From the NCBI GenBank assembly GCA_043810925.1, contig JBDRNT010000038.1:1-41078 (forward strand): a DNA stretch of 41,078 nt, in the 5' to 3' direction. A model generated the notes under the pieces. The model was given only the letters and a program-made list of their open reading frames with translations, ran no database searches and was not told the origin of the DNA. The position numbers and the translations under genes were made by a program. Positions 38,429 to 41,078 of the stretch are shown here, piece by piece. Position 1 is the first letter of the stretch. Each line of letters begins with the position of its first letter. The stretch is from Candidatus Eiseniibacteriota bacterium. GTDB taxonomy: Bacteria > Arandabacterota > Arandabacteria > Arandabacterales > Arandabacteraceae.

Positions 38429-39481
38429 ATGAAAGTACTCAGATTGGTGCTGGTTGCGGCGGTTTGCATTCCTGCCGCGTGTGACTGGTTCGAGGAGCCG
38501 GTCGAGGCCAATCTACACCCGGAAACGAGATTCCTTGCATGCGCCTCCGGCTTGGAGGTGTTTGAGGGTGATGACGTGAGGTTTGAGTGGGTGGGTAGTG
38601 ACGTGGACGGCACGGTAAACCGTTATGAGTGCGCTTACGATGGCTCACCATGGACATCCACTGCCGGGCTGGATACCATCATCTCAGATGTAACACTGGG
38701 CGAACACACCTTGCGGGTGAGATCTGTTGACGACCACGGGGATGTGGATCCCACACCGGCTGAATGCAGTTTCACTGTGACTGAACCCGGAAGCTCTGTC
38801 GATAGAGTCGTCCATCTGGAGCTCTTCACCGCGACCTGGTGCAGGTTCTGCCCCAAGGCGGAAATCGCCCTGAATAGCCTGCTTGATGAGTATGGTCCGG
38901 ACAGGCTCAGCGTTATCGCTTTCCACGGTACGCCGGACCGGGATCCGTTTGCCACTGAAGAAACAGAGGCACGAATCATCTGGCATTTCAGCGATCCCAG
39001 CTTCCCGGGCGATCGAGACGTAATCCCGACGGTTGTCATCGACGGGCTGAGATATGTGCAAGGGGCGGCCACGGCCGAAGAGGCTGAGGCCTACTACCGG
39101 GCGGAGATCGAGTTGCGTATGGCACTCGGATCGCCGCTTTCGATCAGGACGGTGGGAGAGATAGGGTCGAGCACAGGATTGGTGAGCGCCGTGGTAAAGG
39201 TCGAGGATCATCTTGAGGAGGGTGATCGCCTGGTCCGCTTTGCAGTGATAGAGGATGACATATTCTACATAGGTCCATACTCGCTTGAGTATGACTTCGT
39301 TTCGCGGGATCTGCCCGCCGATGAGCCCTTTGACCTTGTTGTGGTCGGGGACTCGATGACGGTCGAGAGGCAATTCTCGGTGGACGGATCATGGAACCCT
39401 GAGCACATGGATGTGATTGTATTTGTGCAAGATATGACCACGAGAGAGGTCTTGCAGTCAGCCAGGCTGCGGCGTGAATGA
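38429..39481 (+). CDS. exported Ig-like plus thioredoxin-like (WCRFC) domain protein; Cys-paralog of the 35051-36184 candidate selenoprotein
   Basis: Signal peptide. LELFTATWCRFCPKAEIALNSLLDEYGPDRLSVIAFH aligns with LIEDFTNSGUPGCDAIKDEMNVIFDEYPGQVVPIRIHT. Downstream, SPLSIRTV in this protein matches SPLRISV in the other. Confidence 0.7.
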   Translation: MKVLRLVLVAAVCIPAACDWFEEPVEANLHPETRFLACASGLEVFEGDDVRFEWVGSDVDGTVNRYECAYDGSPWTSTAGLDTIISDVTLGEHTLRVRSVDDHGDVDPTPAECSFTVTEPGSSVDRVVHLELFTATWCRFCPKAEIALNSLLDEYGPDRLSVIAFHGTPDRDPFATEETEARIIWHFSDPSFPGDRDVIPTVVIDGLRYVQGAATAEEAEAYYRAEIELRMALGSPLSIRTVGEIGSSTGLVSAVVKVEDHLEEGDRLVRFAVIEDDIFYIGPYSLEYDFVSRDLPADEPFDLVVVGDSMTVERQFSVDGSWNPEHMDVIVFVQDMTTREVLQSARLRRE

Positions 39482-39567
39482 GACCTGGGAGCGCGATTCC
39501 GGGCTGTCATAATGGCTGAAATTGTGATATAATAGATGCGGTTTATAACGCGGAGGGAACGAACCAC

Positions 39568-40944
39568 ATGAGACTGGGAGATTCGGGACGGTCTGCAGTG
39601 ATTGCTGCCGGCGTGATGATCGCGCTGATGGCCGGAGCAGCTTCTGAAGCCTTAGCGGTGCGTGATATCGAGATGACCACCGTAGATTACGCGGGCACGA
39701 TGATCTACTGGTTTCCGGTAGTCTTCTACACGGCAATCGAGAACACGGGAACGGAAGGCAGCACGGTTGATCTTCATCTTGAGAAGAACCTGCCTGGTGG
39801 ATGGGCTTCGGACATGTGTATTGACGGCGACTGCATTCCAAATGATGGGTTCCTCTATCTGGCACCGGGAGAAGTGGAGACGGTGTTGGTAGATGTGACT
39901 GTGGGTGGTTCGCAGAATATGGGTCTTGAGACGATGACGGCGACGGTGCGCCAGGAGCCTTCGATAGTCAAGAGCCAGACCTACGCCGCATTTGCCCAGC
40001 TCCCGTCGTTTTTGCTCGTGGATGATGATAACGGTGCCGGCTACGAAACCTATTTGAAAACGGCCATCGAGGCTGCGGGCTACAAGGTGCGTGTCTGGGA
40101 TGCCGACTCACTCGGTAGACCGGGTCCGATACAGCTCCTGTCCTACTGGGGGGTGTTCTGGACAACGGCCGACGGTAATGCCGGTTACATAACCTCGGGT
40201 GACGAGCAGGACATGATGACATATCTTGATAGCGGTGGGAGACTCTTCCTGGCGAGCATGGACCTTCTGAGCAGCCGGGGCGGGGCCACGACTTTTACGA
40301 CCAACTACCTTCATGCCGCATCGTGGATGAATAACACCGGCGCTGCGACCGTATCGGGCATATCCGGTGACCCCATCTCCGACAGTATGGTACTTCCGCT
40401 TACCGCAGGACCGTTTTCGGCGGGTAACACCGACAACATGACCCTTAACTCACCGTCGGATTCGATTTTTGTGGGTGCAACCGGCATAAGCGGGCTCAAG
40501 GTGGAGGAGAGCGCCCACCAGCTCGTCTTCCTGTCCTATCCTTTTGAGGACGTAAGCACGAGCGCACCCGATCCTGATAACCAGGCGACTCTGATATCCC
40601 GTGTGATCGGCTGGTTCGATCCGCCGACAGCCGGGGTGGATAGCAAGCCCGATCTTCCCCAGGATGAACTTGTGCTCGGACAGAACAGTCCGAACCCGTT
40701 TAAGACCTCGACCGGGATCTCGTTCGCTGTTCCGAGGGGAAGCCGGCATACCGAGTTGGTGGTTTACGATGTCAAGGGGCGGGTGGTTAAGACGCTGATT
40801 AACGGTGCACCTTCGGCGGCAGGGAGCCGGATTGCATGGGATGGCAGAGATGATGCCGGAGCACCTGTCGCATCGGGCGTCTATTTCTATAAGATTACAG
40901 CCGACCGGGCCAGCGCCATAAAAAAGATGGTGATGCTGAGATAG
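39568..40944 (+). CDS. secreted protein with T9SS-type C-terminal sorting domain (function unknown)
   Basis: Signal peptide ...AASEALA. C-terminal LGQNSPNPFKTSTGISF...VVYDVKGR...WDGRDDAGAPVASGVYFYKI...MVMLR. Confidence 0.75.
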   Translation: MRLGDSGRSAVIAAGVMIALMAGAASEALAVRDIEMTTVDYAGTMIYWFPVVFYTAIENTGTEGSTVDLHLEKNLPGGWASDMCIDGDCIPNDGFLYLAPGEVETVLVDVTVGGSQNMGLETMTATVRQEPSIVKSQTYAAFAQLPSFLLVDDDNGAGYETYLKTAIEAAGYKVRVWDADSLGRPGPIQLLSYWGVFWTTADGNAGYITSGDEQDMMTYLDSGGRLFLASMDLLSSRGGATTFTTNYLHAASWMNNTGAATVSGISGDPISDSMVLPLTAGPFSAGNTDNMTLNSPSDSIFVGATGISGLKVEESAHQLVFLSYPFEDVSTSAPDPDNQATLISRVIGWFDPPTAGVDSKPDLPQDELVLGQNSPNPFKTSTGISFAVPRGSRHTELVVYDVKGRVVKTLINGAPSAAGSRIAWDGRDDAGAPVASGVYFYKITADRASAIKKMVMLR

Positions 40945-40969
40945 TATCATATGACCCCATGAGGCTTCT

Positions 40970-41010
40970 GATCCCCCTGGTGGGGATCGGGGGCCTTCTG
41001 GGATTTTATT
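40970..41010. terminator. candidate bidirectional terminator hairpin
   Basis: GATCCCC (40970-40976) / GGGGATC (40983-40989) form a GC-rich stem, followed by CTTCTGGGATTTTATT. It sits between the 39568-40944 stop and an apparent minus-strand stop at 41010-41012. Confidence 0.4.
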
Positions 41011-41078
41011 CATACGCACTCCTTTTGGCAACGCAATTGCTCCTTTGGCATGAGGTCGAGGTACTGCTGGACGACCTT

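Noticed and set aside
40450-41031. 193-aa minus-strand ORF.
   Set aside because: It overlaps the C-terminal T9SS domain of the 39568-40944 gene and has no support. Separately, a different minus-strand frame is open from the window edge (41078) to a stop at 41010-41012, reading ...KVVQQYLDLMPKEQLRCQKECV. That could be the 3' end of a gene lying beyond the window, but 23 codons are too few to call.

Overview
41 kb of moderately GC-rich bacterial DNA that reads like a metagenome contig. It carries about 38 protein genes on both strands. I saw no rRNA or CRISPR array; tRNAs cannot be ruled out by eye. Housekeeping metabolism (acetyl-CoA synthetase, aconitase, serine O-acetyltransferase, ornithine aminotransferase, a GH13 alpha-amylase, a C69 dipeptidase, rubrerythrin) is interleaved with many exported proteins. 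Three of these end in a FlgD-Ig-like C-terminal sorting domain (CTD) of the type IX secretion system (T9SS), which suggests an FCB-group or candidate-phylum organism. That taxonomic placement is inference only.

The most interesting region is a selenium/redox module:
- A single ORF at 30900-33107 fuses a NifS-type cysteine desulfurase to selenophosphate synthetase SelD.
- About 2 kb downstream, an exported thioredoxin-fold protein with a T9SS CTD (35051-36184) has an in-frame TGA exactly at the first position of a UxxC redox motif. A perfect 10-bp hairpin follows 14 nt later. A Cys-containing paralog (WCRFC) sits two genes downstream. Together these point to a previously unannotated secreted selenoprotein.
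- That gene lies in a cluster with a TlpA-like oxidoreductase and an outer-membrane beta-barrel.

Other notable items:
- Two paralogous alkaline-phosphatase-superfamily proteins with unusual domain fusions: a 5-TM Cys/His-rich anchor in one, and SPFH plus TPR in the other.
- A tiny histone-H1-like protein with a Cys4His tail.
- A 4x32-bp tandem repeat array.
- A structured REP-like repeat family present at two intergenic loci.
- A prolyl-aminopeptidase-like hydrolase lacking its nucleophile serine.
- An orphan Cas4-like PD-(D/E)XK nuclease.
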